64,000 nucleotides of DNA from Octopus vulgaris (GCA_951406725.2 OX597819.1:77438001-77502000); one strand, 5' to 3'; positions 13,515 to 27,306 are shown, numbered from the stretch's first letter. The notes: generated from the letters alone by a model not told the origin. A program made the numbers and translations.

Positions 13515-13883
13515 GTTATTATGGCTGCCCCCTCGTTATCGAGTATGACCATTGCACGAAGCTTAACTGTTACTGGTGCTGTGATCGACTGTGACTTTTT
13601 AGCCCAGTTAAAGATCTACAAAGTCTTGTTCAAAATTGGCAACCAAAACCTTAACTGGTAATAGCCGACTGTAGTTGTAACTGGGCTTCATGTACCTTTG
13701 CATGTCGTTTAAGTTCTCCTGCCGAATTACACTCTCTTCCACATGTCCGACAGATATGATTAGTATGGTGTGTTACACCTCCACCAGTGGCCAGGTTGTC
13801 ACTCATCTATCTCGTTTTATGACTACGAAGATCACTCTTGAGTCCAGCTTTACTGAAGCAGGGTCTTGCACAGACATTGCATA
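13515..13883 (-). mobile_element. 3' end of RTE-type LINE encoding two C2H2-like zinc fingers
   Basis: CNVCARPCFSKAGLKSDLRSH then CRTCGRECNSAGELKRHAKVH; ends ggtcatactcgataacgaggggg, resembling RTE 3' termini; embedded in (TACA)n. Confidence 0.65.
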
Positions 13884-13955
13884 TATACATACATACATAC
13901 ATACATACATACATACATACATACATACATACATACATACATACATACATACATA

Positions 13956-14178
13956 CGAGGTGGTGCTGAAAAGTTCCTGGCTTTAAGGGTGTCGTGAAAG
14001 GCCTGTTTGGAAGCCCAACCTCCTGAGTCTTTTTTTTTTCACAGTGTTTAGAGAAACTGAAGGACCGCTGCAATAAGTGTGTGAATCTGAGAGGGGAACG
14101 TGTTAAATAAAATCATAATTAACTGATCTTCCAGTATTTTCTTTAACTCAAAGCCAGGAACTTTTCAGCGCCCCCTCA
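13956..14178 (+). mobile_element. Mariner-derived MITE
   Basis: TIRs cgaggtggtgctgaaaagttcctggcttt / aaagccaggaacttttcagcgccccctc; TA on the left; interior encodes mariner C-terminus LEKLKDRCNKCVNLRGE. Confidence 0.88.
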
Positions 14179-14271
14179 TGCATGTATACATACATACATA
14201 CATACATACATACATACATACATACATACATACATACATACATACATACATACATACATACATACATACAT

Positions 14272-14490
14272 AGTTAATCCAAAAAAAAAAAAACAGGAAG
14301 AAAAAACACAAGAAAAGAATAACAACGCGAGGACGTGGTACATGCAAAGTATTAACACGCGCACAGAGAAGGAAAGAAAGGTAGTTTTACGTTTCGAGCA
14401 AAAGCTCTTCTTCAGAAACAGGAGACAGAGGAATGTCCAAGAGAAAAGGAAGACGGAGGAAAAAAATCGCGAACGATCCACATGTGATTA
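14272..14490 (-). mobile_element. Penelope-like terminal repeat (type 1)
   Basis: Related to the + strand copy at 41895-42102 (ccacgtcctcgcgttgtt); contains a hammerhead motif. Confidence 0.75.
14384..14419 (-). ncRNA. Minimal type I hammerhead ribozyme motif (Penelope-associated)
   Basis: Minus strand GUUU-CUGAAGA-A-GAGC-UUUU-GCUC-GAAA-C-GUA-AAAC: canonical core, 4 bp stems I and II, palindromic ACGU in place of stem III. Confidence 0.75.
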
Positions 14491-14634
14491 TACACACATA
14501 TATGCATATAAATATTCTTTTATTCTTTTACTTGTTTCAGTCGATTGACTGCGACCATGCTGGACCACCGCCATAATGGGTTTTAGTCGAAGAAATTGAC
14601 TCCAGGACTTATTCTTGCCAAGCGATGGGGGAAC

Positions 14635-14711
<77 letters not shown>

Positions 14712-14713
<2 letters not shown>

Positions 14714-14897
14714 GTTGAAATTAACAGAAAAACAAAAGACGAAGACACGTGTGTAAACAACAACCACGTGTATTAGTTTAACGCTCAGGAAATTGAGAAA
14801 GTCTTTTACGTTTCGAGCCTACGCTCTTCAACAGAAAGGAACACAAGAAAATAAACAGAGAGAGACTGAAGAAACTTTTGGAGTTAGCGATCAATCA
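14712..14897 (-). mobile_element. Penelope-like terminal repeat (type 2) with hammerhead-like motif at 14803-14838
   Basis: Near-identical to 17082-17250; flanked by (TA)n. Confidence 0.75.
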
Positions 14898-14909
14898 TAT
14901 ATATATAAT

Positions 14910-14946
<37 letters not shown>

Positions 14947-14954
14947 ATATATAT

Positions 14955-15337
14955 AACGGGAAGCTTTATGAAAATAGACAAGAGACGAAGGCAGGTGGAA
15001 AACAAACGAACAATTGTATTAGTATGGCGCTCAGGAAATATAAATAAAACAAGTCTTTAACGTTTCGAGCCTACGCTCTTCAACAGAAAGATATACAGAG
15101 AGAAAAAAAACACAGAAAGAAGGAGAGAAAAAAAATGCGTGCAGTAGCTAACGAATCAACATGGCGATCTGATTTCGGCCAGAGGTCAAAGATCAAACAT
15201 GAGACGCGAGAGCGAAATAAGGGGAGATAATAGGGTTGATAATAGGGTTGATAATAGGGTTGAAGGACCAGCTAATAGTGCGTAGGAGGGGTCTGGACGT
15301 GTGTATGTATAGGGTTGGTGTATGTATTAGTATGTAT

Positions 15338-15382
<45 letters not shown>

Positions 15383-16090
15383 AGAGAGAGTATTGGTGCG
15401 TAGGATTGGTCTGGACGTGCGTATGTATGGGGTTGGTGTATGTATTAGTAGGTATTAGTATGTATTAGTACGTATTAGTATGTATAAGTGTGTGTGTGTG
15501 TGTATGAGAGAGTATAAGTGCGTATGAGGGGTCTGGACGTGTGTATGTATAGGGTTGGTGTATGTATTAGTATGTATTAGTATGTACTAGTACGTATTAG
15601 TATGTATTAGTTGGTGTATGTATTAGTATGGCACATCATATAGGATGTGATGTGTAAAGTCGTGTGGTGTAGTGAGGAGAAGAGGGGGAGGGGAGAAGAG
15701 GGGGAGGGGAATAAGAGGGGGAGGAGAGGGGGAAGAGGAGAGGAGGGGGAGAGAGAGGAGGGGGAGAATGAAGGGGATGAGGGGGAGGAGGGGGAGGAGG
15801 GGGGAGGAAGGAGGGGGAGGAAGGAGGGGGAGGAGGAAAGAGGGAGAGGGGGAGAGAGAAGGGGAGTGAGGGAGTGAGGGAGCAAAGGGAAGGGGAAGAG
15901 GGAAGGAGGGAGGGAGAAAGAGGGAAGAAGGGAAGGGGAGTAGGGGTGAAAGGATGAAGGACTGAAGAAGTAGGGGTCGGGGGGAAGGATAGGTGAGGAG
16001 GGGGAAAGGGGGTTAGATGAGGAGGGGGCAGAGTTGAGACCAAATGGCGTATAAGAGCGAAGAGAGAAGATTAATTCCTGTTCACGGCGC

Positions 16091-16092
<2 letters not shown>
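14955..16092 (-). mobile_element. 5'-truncated Penelope-like element: GIY-YIG C-terminus, low-complexity 3' region and terminal repeat
   Basis: RREQELIFSLRSYTPFGLNS at 16090-16030 is the typical Penelope endonuclease C-terminus; terminus matches 25617-25852; flanked by (TA)n on both sides. Confidence 0.8.
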
Positions 16093-16121
<29 letters not shown>

Positions 16122-16294
16122 ATTCTTGCACAACTTCCGTCTATTCAGTTTAACTTACAAACTATGGATCGGCCCGACAGCTATGGAAAAATCTTACCCA
16201 AGACGCCACATTGTGAGATCGAACCGTGAACTGCATGATTGCGAAGTGAACATCTTCCCCACTCCGCAAAACTAACCTATTCGTACATGTAAAT

Positions 16295-16699
16295 ATTCTT
16301 TTCTACTCAAGGTACAAGGCCCGAAATTTTTTTTGGGGTGGGGGGGCAGCCGATTAGATCGACCCCAGTATGTAACTAGTAATTAATTTATCGACCCCGA
16401 AATGATGAAAAGCAAAGTCGATCTCGACGGAATTTGAACTCAGAACGTAAAGACAGGCGTCGTACCTATTTCTTTACTACCCACAAGGGGCTAAACACAG
16501 AGAGGACAAACAAGGACAGACAAACGGATTAATTCGAATTATATCGACCCCAGTGCGTAACTGGTACTTATTTAATCGACCCCGAAAGGATGAAAGGCAA
16601 AGTCGACCTCGGCGGAATTTGAACTCAGAACGTAGCGGCAGACGAAATACCGCTAAGCATTTCGCCCGGCGTGCAAACGTTTCTGCCAACTCGCCGCCT
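16295..16699 (-). mobile_element. Two adjacent SINE family B copies (16295-16455 partial; 16466-16699 full)
   Basis: tRNA-like head ggcggcgagttggcagaaacgtt..gagttcaaattcc and gcctttcatcctttcggggtcgat core. Confidence 0.9.
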
Positions 16700-16847
16700 T
16701 TGTACATGTAAATATTATATAGATGCAGGAGTGGTTGTATGTTTTCGGATACAATCCTACTTCACAGTATCTTGCAGAGACTTCTACTATAGCCCCGGGT
16801 CGACCAATACCTTGTTAGTAGATTTGGTAGATGGAAACTGTGGAAAC

Positions 16848-16953
<106 letters not shown>

Positions 16954-16965
16954 TGTGTGTGTGTA

Positions 16966-17045
<80 letters not shown>

Positions 17046-17081
17046 TGTGTGTGTGTGTGTGTAGTTTAAATTTACAAAAAA

Positions 17082-17250
17082 ACAAAAAGACGAAAACAGG
17101 TGTACAAATAACAAACAAGTGTATTAGTTTGACGCTCGGGGAGGTGAGAAAGTCTTTTACGTTTCGAGCCTACGCTTTTCAACAGAAAGGAACACGAGGA
17201 AATAACCAGAGAGAGAATTAAAAGAAACTTTTTGAGTTAGGGATCAATCA
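17082..17250 (-). mobile_element. Penelope-like terminal repeat (type 2)
   Basis: Matches 14712-14897; hammerhead-like motif at 17154-17189 with a stem II substitution. Confidence 0.75.
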
Positions 17251-17364
17251 TATATATAACGTAGCAATTCGGCAGGAACTGATACACTAAGTACCAGGTT
17301 TTATAGTACAGATATCGATTTATTCCACTGAACCTCTTCAAGACTAGTCTCTTTTTGTTTCTTT

Positions 17365-17553
17365 TTACTCTTTTCATGCAACAGCACCGCCTTAAAGGGG
17401 TTTAGTCAAAGAAATCGACCTCAGGATTTATTCTTTATAAGCCTTGTACCTATTCTATCGGTCGCTTTTGCCGAACCGCTATTTTACGAAGACATAAGCA
17501 CACCAGCATCGTTTGTCAAGCGATGGCGGGGGAACAAACACAGACACACATAA

Positions 17554-17612
<59 letters not shown>

Positions 17613-17769
17613 ACGGGCTTCTATCAGTTTCCGTCTACCTAATCCACTCACAAGGCTTTGGTCGGCCCGCGGCTATAGTAGAAGACACTTGCCCAAGATA
17701 CCATGCAATGGGACTGAATCCGGAACCATGGGGTTGGGGAACAAGCTTCTTACCACACAGCCACGCCTA
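17365..17769 (-). mobile_element. SINE family A
   Basis: Reverse complement of family consensus with internal (TA)n. Confidence 0.88.
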
Positions 17770-18109
17770 TTATTAATAAGTTTTAGCGTTACAAAACAAT
17801 ATTTATCACTTGCTGTTAGGTAGGGAGACAATAATCATTAGAGCAATGATAATATAAGACACATTATTAATAAGTTCTCGTTGTAGAAGGAAAACAGGTG
17901 CTTCTTTTGGTCTCATAGATTTAAGAAATCATCAGACTGTTGCCTTAAGTTGTCACAGAGATCTTCAGTAGCTTTCTTTTCACTAAGCATAAATGATTCC
18001 CCCCACCCACCCTAAATTGTGTAGCCTTCAAATACATCTTCGGCAGATTATTTTCTTTATACTGCTTATATATTATATAAGAGGCTAAATATGGAATTAT
18101 ATTGTTGTA

Positions 18110-18330
18110 GAGTTTGGAATCTCTCTTCAGCGAGCATTCTGTTCAGGGTCAACCTGGACCTTCTGACAGGTGTCTTCGAACTGTCAAACGGGTTGTTGAA
18201 AATAACCACCCTTTGTAAGGCAGCTGATATTGCAGAGCAATTCCAAATGAGTTGGAATACTACTGTGAGGTATCTCCAACCTGGCTACTATACTAGAGCA
18301 GCTAGAAGGAAACCAGTTTTTCGACCAATT
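18110..18330 (+). mobile_element. Tc1 transposase N-terminal relic
   Basis: KAADIAEQFQMSWNTTVRYLQPGYYTRAARRKPVFRP resembles DIVEQIDVSPRAVVRYLYKFGYYGRAGRRKP of the element at 313-1110. Confidence 0.65.
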
Positions 18331-19744
18331 CTCCTGTCTTCTTTTAACAGTGTTTGCATACTTTTGAGATGTAGATGTCAGTGTACACACCTATCAAATG
18401 AAATCCTGGTTTTCTATTAAGTAAGACATTGCTCAGTCCTGCGCCTTGAAGTGTGACTTTCTAAGAGCAGAACGATGGTGTCATGGAATATACGAAGGCT
18501 CTGGAAAGCGTTCTAGAAGTGAATGGAAGCTGAAACTAAGATTGATTTCATTCTCATTTTTTGTTTAGATGTTGTTCTTTTGTTCTTTTTCGGGGTCGAT
18601 AAAGTAAATAGCGGTTAAGTATTTAATTCGATATAATCGAAAACCTCTCCCCTCTTCCAAATATATGACCTTGTTAGGTCTAAACTAGCAATCTTTATTT
18701 ATTTGTATGCAATCACCAATGTTAATTTGTATGATTGAAGTTAGCACTTTTATTGTTATTTCAAATAGCTTCATTTAAATAATGAATTTGGGGGGAAATT
18801 TTGCATATTTTATCAAGTCAATTTTAGACAATTCAAATGAAGCGTGTCGTTTTGTTTTCACTCCAAAAAATGACCAATTAAAGTGTGAATGTGTTTACCA
18901 GTCGTGTGAAAGAATCTCTTTCTCTCCTTCTTAACCTCTCTCTTCACTCTCTTTTTCTCCCCTTCTCTCTCTCTCTAGCACTCCTTACTCTTCCCTGCAT
19001 ATGTGCCAGTGATTGCGTATATGTATTTGAGATTGCGTGTGTGATTAGATGTGTGTGTGTGTACATATGATTATGTGCGTGATGGTGTATGTGAAACCGA
19101 GTGTGTCCGAATACGTGTGTACGCTTATTTTGTTTCTTGTTGGTGAGTTGGTTGTAAATTTTAAAACCGAAGTATTTTTGACAAATGTACGGTTATTAAT
19201 GTATATTTATGCGTCTGTATGTCGTGTGGGGTACGTGTATATATATGCTTGTGTCGTGGGGTACAGTGAGGAGAACTTGGTAGGTTGCCAATGAATCGAA
19301 ACTGTTGAAATCTCTGCCATAGCTATTTCCTCATTGCTACAATGTTCCAGAAAAAAAAGATGCAATCAATAGAGGTAATAGCCCTTTGATGGATACCTCT
19401 GATTTGGTCATATAAAACATCATGCAGTCGATATTGTCTTTTCTTTTGCACTACTTCTGAAACATAAATATATACATATACACAAGTACATTCACACACA
19501 CGTATACAAACACAGACACACACACACACATTTACGCGCGCGCGTGCGCGCATGCACACATACACACATCATGTATCTTTTACTTGTTTCAGTCCTTAGA
19601 CTGTGCTCGCGCGAATCGCTTCCAGTAAAGCCTGGTTCTTATTCTATCAGTCTCTTTTACTGAAGGACTAAGTTACGAAGACAAAAATACACCAACACCG
19701 GTTGTCAAGAGGTGGTGGTGGTGGACAAGCACATACACAAAGGG

Positions 19745-19864
<120 letters not shown>

Positions 19865-20460
19865 ATAAAATTTTATTAAAATTATTAAAATTTTAAAATT
19901 TTATCAGTCACCAGCATATGAAAATACCTCTGTATGTGTGTGTGTGTGTGTATGTGTGTGTGTATCTGTGTGTATCTGTGTGTGTATCTGTGTGTGTATG
20001 TGTGTGTGTGTATGTGTGTGTGTGTGTATGTATATATATACCAAAAATTTAGATTCAGTTGAATATGGTACTTAAGTTGAGGCACCAGAATTTAGTACGG
20101 TATAATCCATACAATTTCAAAATATGGTGTTTAGAGTCAAAATAAGCAACAAGGATATCCAGAGGTAATGCAGTTCGATCGTTTCACGTAACTGCATTTA
20201 ATTTAACAATGCAACCATTACATCAATTTAAATGTAGGGCAATCCTCAGCTGCACAAAGACATAGAATTTAATATTAGTATAATTTTGCCTAAAATCTCC
20301 AAGTTAAGGAGATAGACAAAGAACATTGTTGCCCTTCCTTCCACTTAGAAGCTACTAAGTTATCAGAAAGAAAGACTTGTTACAGATTTTGCTTGTCACT
20401 TCCGACTGAACTCGGAACCATGTGGTTGAGAAACAAACTTCTTACAACACAACCACGCCA

Positions 20461-20491
<31 letters not shown>

Positions 20492-21283
20492 TGTATGTAT
20501 ATGTATGTATGTATGTATGTATGATCTGAGGATGATTTGACTGCTACTTTTAGTGGCACGAGAGACTTTGTCCTTAGCTCGACTTAATGAGGAGACGGAG
20601 TAAGCATGTAGAAATAGTAAACCTAACACAAAAAGAATAAGAGAGTAAGGTAGGTGAAAGACATTATATCTGAATGAGTGAGAAATGAGACAGAGAGCGA
20701 TAGAATGGGAGAGAGAGAGAGAGACACGGAGAGAGAAAGAGAGAGATGCATGAAAGTGTATGTCTGACTATGTGAAATAGTGCGCATGTGTACGTGCTCG
20801 CGTGGCGATTGCAGATAACTTTTGTCTAATGTGTGTGCGTGCGTGCGTGTGTATGCGTGTAACGCACAAACGTACATGCATACATTCATACATACATACA
20901 TGCATGCATACATACATACATACATGCATGCATACATACATACATACATACATACATACATACATACATACATACATACTTGCATGCATACATGCACATG
21001 CCTACATGTGTATGTATGCATGCATGTGTATGTACATACGTGTGTATGCTCACACACATACATACACACACACACACACAACAAGAATCATAATGAAAAT
21101 TCCATAATACAGGATGTAAACGGAAAGGCAGAGAAAGGAAGACTAGGAAAGAGAGAGAAACAGCAGAGAGAGAGAGAGAGAGAGAGAGAGCGGTAGACAA
21201 ACAGACAGAGAGACAGACTGATATTGGGAGAGAGAAAATAAGAGTGCACGTGCAAGAGGCGGAGGAACAGATAAAAGAATGAG

Positions 21284-21441
21284 AGGCGTGGCTGTGTGGT
21301 AAGTAGCTTGCTTCCCAACCACATGGTTCCAAGTTCAGTCCCATTGCGTGGCACCCTGGGCAAGTGTCTTCTGCTATAGGCCCGGGTTGACCAAAGCCTT
21401 GTGAGTGGATTTGGTTGACGGAAATTGAAAGAAGTCAGTCG

Positions 21442-21505
<64 letters not shown>

Positions 21506-21720
21506 TGTATGTATGTATTTGTGTCAGTGTTTGTCCCTCCTCCATCGCTTGACAACCGATGTTGGTGTGTTTACGTCCCCGTAACTTAGCGGTTCGGCAA
21601 CAGATCGCAATAGAATAAGTAACGGGCTTGCAAAGAATAAGTCCTGGGGCCATTTCTTCGAATGAAAGGCGATGCTCCAGCATGGCCGCAGTCAAATGAC
21701 TCAAACAAGCAAAAGAATAA

Positions 21721-21725
<5 letters not shown>
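21284..21725 (+). mobile_element. SINE family A, full length, followed by (AAAG)n tail
   Basis: A box tggctgtgtgg, B-box-like gttcagtccc, CORE-like accctgggcaagtgtctt, internal (TA)n. Confidence 0.92.
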
Positions 21726-21771
<46 letters not shown>

Positions 21772-21879
21772 GAAGAAAGAAAGGAAGAAAGTAAAAACAA
21801 GAGCATTGATGAAACAAGATTAATGATAATGTTAAGTGAACTGGAAATGGATGACAGTGCGGGAGGGTGGAGAATCTAT

Positions 21880-21950
<71 letters not shown>

Positions 21951-22443
21951 TGTTGTTGTTGTTGTTGTTGTTTCCGTTGTTGTTGTTGTTGTTTCCGTTG
22001 TTGTTGTTGTTGTTTCCGTTGCTGTTATTTGGATCTCTGTGTGAGAAGAGTCCTATGATTAAATGCATTCCAGCCGAGACCATCCCGTTTTAATTTATCT
22101 CTCTCAATTTTTCTCTCTCAACGGTCTCGTCGGAAATAGGATTTTTATTGGTAGGCACAGGCGTTGCTCTGTGGTTGAGAAACTTGCTTCCTAACCATAT
22201 GGTCTTGGGTTCAGTCCCACTGCAGAGTACCCTTCTATTATAGCCCCGGGCTAACCAAAACCTTGTGAGTGGATTTGGTAGACAGAGATTGATAGACAGA
22301 GATTGATAGATAAAATGACCTAATCATCTTTCGCTGTCGTAATTGCTTGGAGGGAAAAAAAGTAGAAGGAAAAAATAAAATCTGGCAACACTCCAATCTA
22401 ACATTGCGGAGAGTTATGTTGAACACTAGTGAATTAACAATCA

Positions 22444-23725
22444 TGGAAAGCTAAAGTAAAGTTGATGAAAACCTCAGGAAGCGAGTGGTTACATGGAAAA
22501 AAGAAGGAATGGCAATTTCTGCAATCGCCGGAGACATTAACTGATCGAACAGTGTTGTTTCAAGAATATCCAAGATTTATGAAGAAACAAGCTCAGTTGT
22601 GTCATTAAAAAAAAAACGAGGGAGATCACGGAAAACCGTGTGATTCGGTAAGACCGTGTGATTCAAAGGCTGTCGTTGAGACCGTTTCAATACCCCTGCA
22701 GGAATTTCTTGTCAAGTAAACAGTGATTACGGAATGAATGTGTCTCAGAAGACTGTGGCTTGTCATTTAAAGAAAATCGGACTTCATGCCTATTCCTCGG
22801 CCACTAAACCTCTCATCTGTATGAAGATCCGAAAAGCGAGGTTAATCTTTGCCCATGAGCACGTATATTGGACGGACGACAACTGATCGCGTGTGTTCTT
22901 CAGGGAAGAAGGCAAGTTCAATTTGGTTGGCTCCGACGGTAGACAATATGTGAGATGTCGTAAAAGTGAAAGATTGCTCCCTAAATGCGTGTAGAAGTCA
23001 GTGAAGTTTAGTTTGGAGGTGGGGGTTTAATGGTGCGGGGGAATGATTTCTGCAACAGGTGTTGGGCCCTTGATCCGAATCCATGGTAATGTGAATGCAG
23101 CCATATACAAAAACATCGTTCTGCCGCATGTTGTGCCAACTCGTAAGACAATCTTTATGTAGAGTATTGCACCATGCTACAGTACTAAAAAAAATTAGGT
23201 GTTTAAAGCTGAAAGCCTTCTGTGAAGCGTTGGCCAGCTCAGAGCGCTGACCTTAATCGCATTGAAAGCTTATGAAAGATACTTGGTTTCAAGATCAGAG
23301 AGCAGTGACCTCGAATGTCACGATTCTGTGGGAAAAACTTCAGGAAGGATGGAATAAAATTACGTCAGAACAATGTGAGAAATTGGTCAAATCCTGTGGA
23401 TGGAGATATGCTGAAGTCATTAAAAGTAAAGAATGTACACATCTTATTAACATGTTGATGTAGATTGTAAAAATTTCTGGCAAAATTTTGATTTCTTGAA
23501 TTTTACGTTATGTGTTCTCTAATTTTGTTCATCTTGTATTTTTCAAGTAAACGTTTTTTTTTTTTTCTATGATAAATTATCAAGTTATTAATCACTTCCA
23601 ACAAAATTTATTGTAAGAAAGGAACATGTTTTAAAGTATATACAGTTAAAATTCCATTCAGAAAAATGAAGTAGAAATGTAAATATCTTTATTTTTTATT
23701 TTTGTCTTCTAATTTTGGCCACTAT
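22444..23725 (+). mobile_element. Degenerate Tc1 transposon (transposase pseudogene with 3' TIR)
   Basis: VDENLRKRVV..RGRSRKT..VFFREEGKFNLVGSDGRQYVR..GMISATGVGPL..WPAQSADLNRIESL; many stops; ends ttttggccactattg-TA. Confidence 0.88.
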
Positions 23726-23739
23726 TGTATACATATACC

Positions 23740-24556
23740 CTTTACTCTTTTACATGTTTCAGTCATTTGACTGTGGCCATGCCGGAGCATTGCCTTTCGT
23801 CGAACAAATCGACCACACGACTTTTTTTTTTTGTAAGCCTAGTACTTATTCTATCGGTCTCTTTTGCCGAACCGCTAAGTTTCCGGAACATAAACACACT
23901 AACATAGGCTGTCAAGTGATGGTGGGGGACAAACACAGATCCAAATACACACATATATATACACTGTGGTGTATATATATCTGCCCACTGTGGTCTCCCC
24001 ATACAAGACAAAACATCTCCAGAATTGAGTCTCCCCAGAGGGCACTCACTAAACGAATTGAAGGCATGGCCGCTCTCGATTATTGGGATCGCCTTAAAGC
24101 CTTGAAACTTTACTCCCTCCAGCGTCGCCGTGAGCGGTACATCATTTGTTCGATGTGGAGAATATACCGCCAACTTTGCCCAAACGACCTTAACATTAGC
24201 TTCAAGGTTTATCCAAGACTGGGACCACGGGCCGTACGACCCCTGCCCAGTTCAAGATCACAACATACATGTACACTGCAACATAATTTCTTTTCCTCAA
24301 CAGGCCCTGCCCTATTTAACATTGTCCCGAAGGAGATCAAAGAGGAAAAGGATCCCATCAACTTTAAACGGAGTCTGGATAGATTCCTTCAAAGAATACC
24401 AGATAAGCCACCCATAATTGGATACAACTCACCCAACAAGAACTCACTACTTGAACAAAACTTGCCTTAAACAAGATTCGCATAATCCTATCAGGTGGTG
24501 CTATTAAGTTAGACATGGCCTGGACCAATCTTTGGTCGAAACATATCTAAGTTTAC

Positions 24557-24653
<97 letters not shown>

Positions 24654-24814
24654 GACGGGCTTCTTTCAGTTTCCGTCTACTAAATCCACTGACAAAGCAT
24701 TGGTAGGCCCGAAGCAATAGTAGAAGACACTTGCCCAAGGTGCCATGCAGTGGGACTGAACCCGGGACCATATGGTTGGGAAGCAAGCTTCTTACCACAC
24801 AGCCACGCCTGCGC
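23740..24814 (-). mobile_element. SINE family A split by a LINE (halves 23740-23960 and 24650-24814)
   Basis: The halves are consecutive in the consensus and break at the internal (TA)n. Confidence 0.85.
23981..24556 (+). mobile_element. 5'-truncated CR1-group LINE (ORF2 C-terminus and 3' UTR)
   Basis: CPLWSPH..IESPQRALTKRI..LDYWDRLKALKLYSLQRRRERY..LFNIVPKEIK..FKRSLDRFL, stop at 24470. Confidence 0.88.
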
Positions 24815-24835
24815 ATATATATATATGTGTGTGTA

Positions 24836-24877
<42 letters not shown>

Positions 24878-24878
<1 letters not shown>

Positions 24879-25180
24879 GATGCTGAGACCCCCTTCGGTC
24901 ATGACTGATCGTGGGATTGCACCTAGAAAGTTATCCTCCCAGGCACATGTCCAGGCAAGAAGACCGGCAGTCACCCATACATACCAGCCTCCCCTCTCCA
25001 CGCCACCAGTGTTATCCAAGGGAAAGGCAACAGCGGACACAGCTTGGCGCCTGTGACTTCGCAATCCATTTCTACAGCTGAACGTGAAATAAAATGTCTT
25101 GCTCAAGAACATAACACGCAGCCCGGTCTGGGATTCGAACTCACAACCTCACGATCGTAAGTTCGACGCTCTAACCACTG

Positions 25181-25181
<1 letters not shown>
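24878..25181 (-). mobile_element. SINE family C variant (tRNA head)
   Basis: Minus strand cagtggttagagcg..gagttcgaatccc, then gttcttgagcaagacattttatttcacg shared with 49600-49903. Confidence 0.82.
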
Positions 25182-25211
<30 letters not shown>

Positions 25212-25397
25212 ATATATATATATATATAAAATAATATAGCCATACGGCTTTTCCACACACACACACACACACACACACATTAATATAAATGTAATACACA
25301 ATATCATTTGTAGCTCTTCAAAACTATCTGGATGAAATCCACTAATCACACAGATTTTACCATAACGATAATACGTCGTTCAATTGATTACATCGAG

Positions 25398-25443
<46 letters not shown>

Positions 25444-25549
25444 ATTTTCAAAAATAAATAAGAAGTGGTCACATATTGACACTCTGCACCTTAATCAAGG
25501 TTTCAACCACGAAATACATGTTTCCAGTGTGTGTGTGTTGTTATTAATG

Positions 25550-25587
<38 letters not shown>

Positions 25588-25616
25588 CGATATACGCGTG
25601 CGTTCAATTGATTACA

Positions 25617-25956
<340 letters not shown>

Positions 25957-25980
25957 ATATATATACATACATATATATAC

Positions 25981-26029
<49 letters not shown>

Positions 26030-26233
26030 GTGTGTTTGTGTGTGTGTGGTGGTAGTATGGTAATGATGGTAGGTAATCGGATGAAGAAAATTGGTCGAGA
26101 AGAAAAAATGTGAGACTGAAAATGTTATCAGCATTTCAATACAGGAAGAATATACGAGTGGAAAGAATTCGTGTGGAGAGGTGCATATATATATATATAT
26201 ATATATATATGCCTACACAAACACACACATACA

Positions 26234-26626
<393 letters not shown>

Positions 26627-26883
26627 CATATATAGCTAGCATGCTTGGGCGAAATATGTCATCACCGATTTACTTGAAAACAGTTAATACAACAATCAGT
26701 GATGTAGCTAGTAACCGCGGCGCGGCCGAATAAAAATTCTTTATATGCAAAGGAAACAATCTTGGATTAAAATAGCCATATATGATTCATATTTAGTTTA
26801 AATTCATCGTGACTGGCAAAATCTAAATTTCGCAGTAAAAACTCGTTGCCTTTTTTTTTTAAAAAAAAAGCACTTTCTCTCTC

Positions 26884-26948
<65 letters not shown>

Positions 26949-27306
26949 ATATATATATATATATATATCTGTTCCTGCTCACTATTCATTTGTGTTTGCT
27001 CTTAAAAAAACAACAATAATAAGCGATTCTCATGTAGAAACGAAGCACCAGATAAGAAATCCACAGAATAAAACAAGCACCAATCTACAATCGGTACTCG
27101 AACAATCTAATAGACCAAGTGACAGAGCAGTACCGAAACGAATACAATACAATAAATACATTAGACACACCACTTGCTTAATATACACAAACCACACAAA
27201 ACGTGTCTTACATTAATAAAGTGCATGTAACTATAAAATAGATGAACCCATTATCTAAAATCATGAAAAGCAAAACACAAAATGCATTAACACTAATATT
27301 AACACT

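Noticed and set aside
13690-13883. Host C2H2 zinc-finger gene
   Set aside because: No TGEKP linkers, an internal stop, and a LINE-like 3' end follows.
15227-15262. TAGGG-containing tandem repeat as interstitial telomere
   Set aside because: The unit is a 12-mer (ATAATAGGGTTG), not TTAGGG, and lies inside a Penelope-like element.
15278-15627. Regularly spaced direct repeats resembling a CRISPR array
   Set aside because: The spacers are microsatellite and similar to each other; eukaryotic context with no cas genes.
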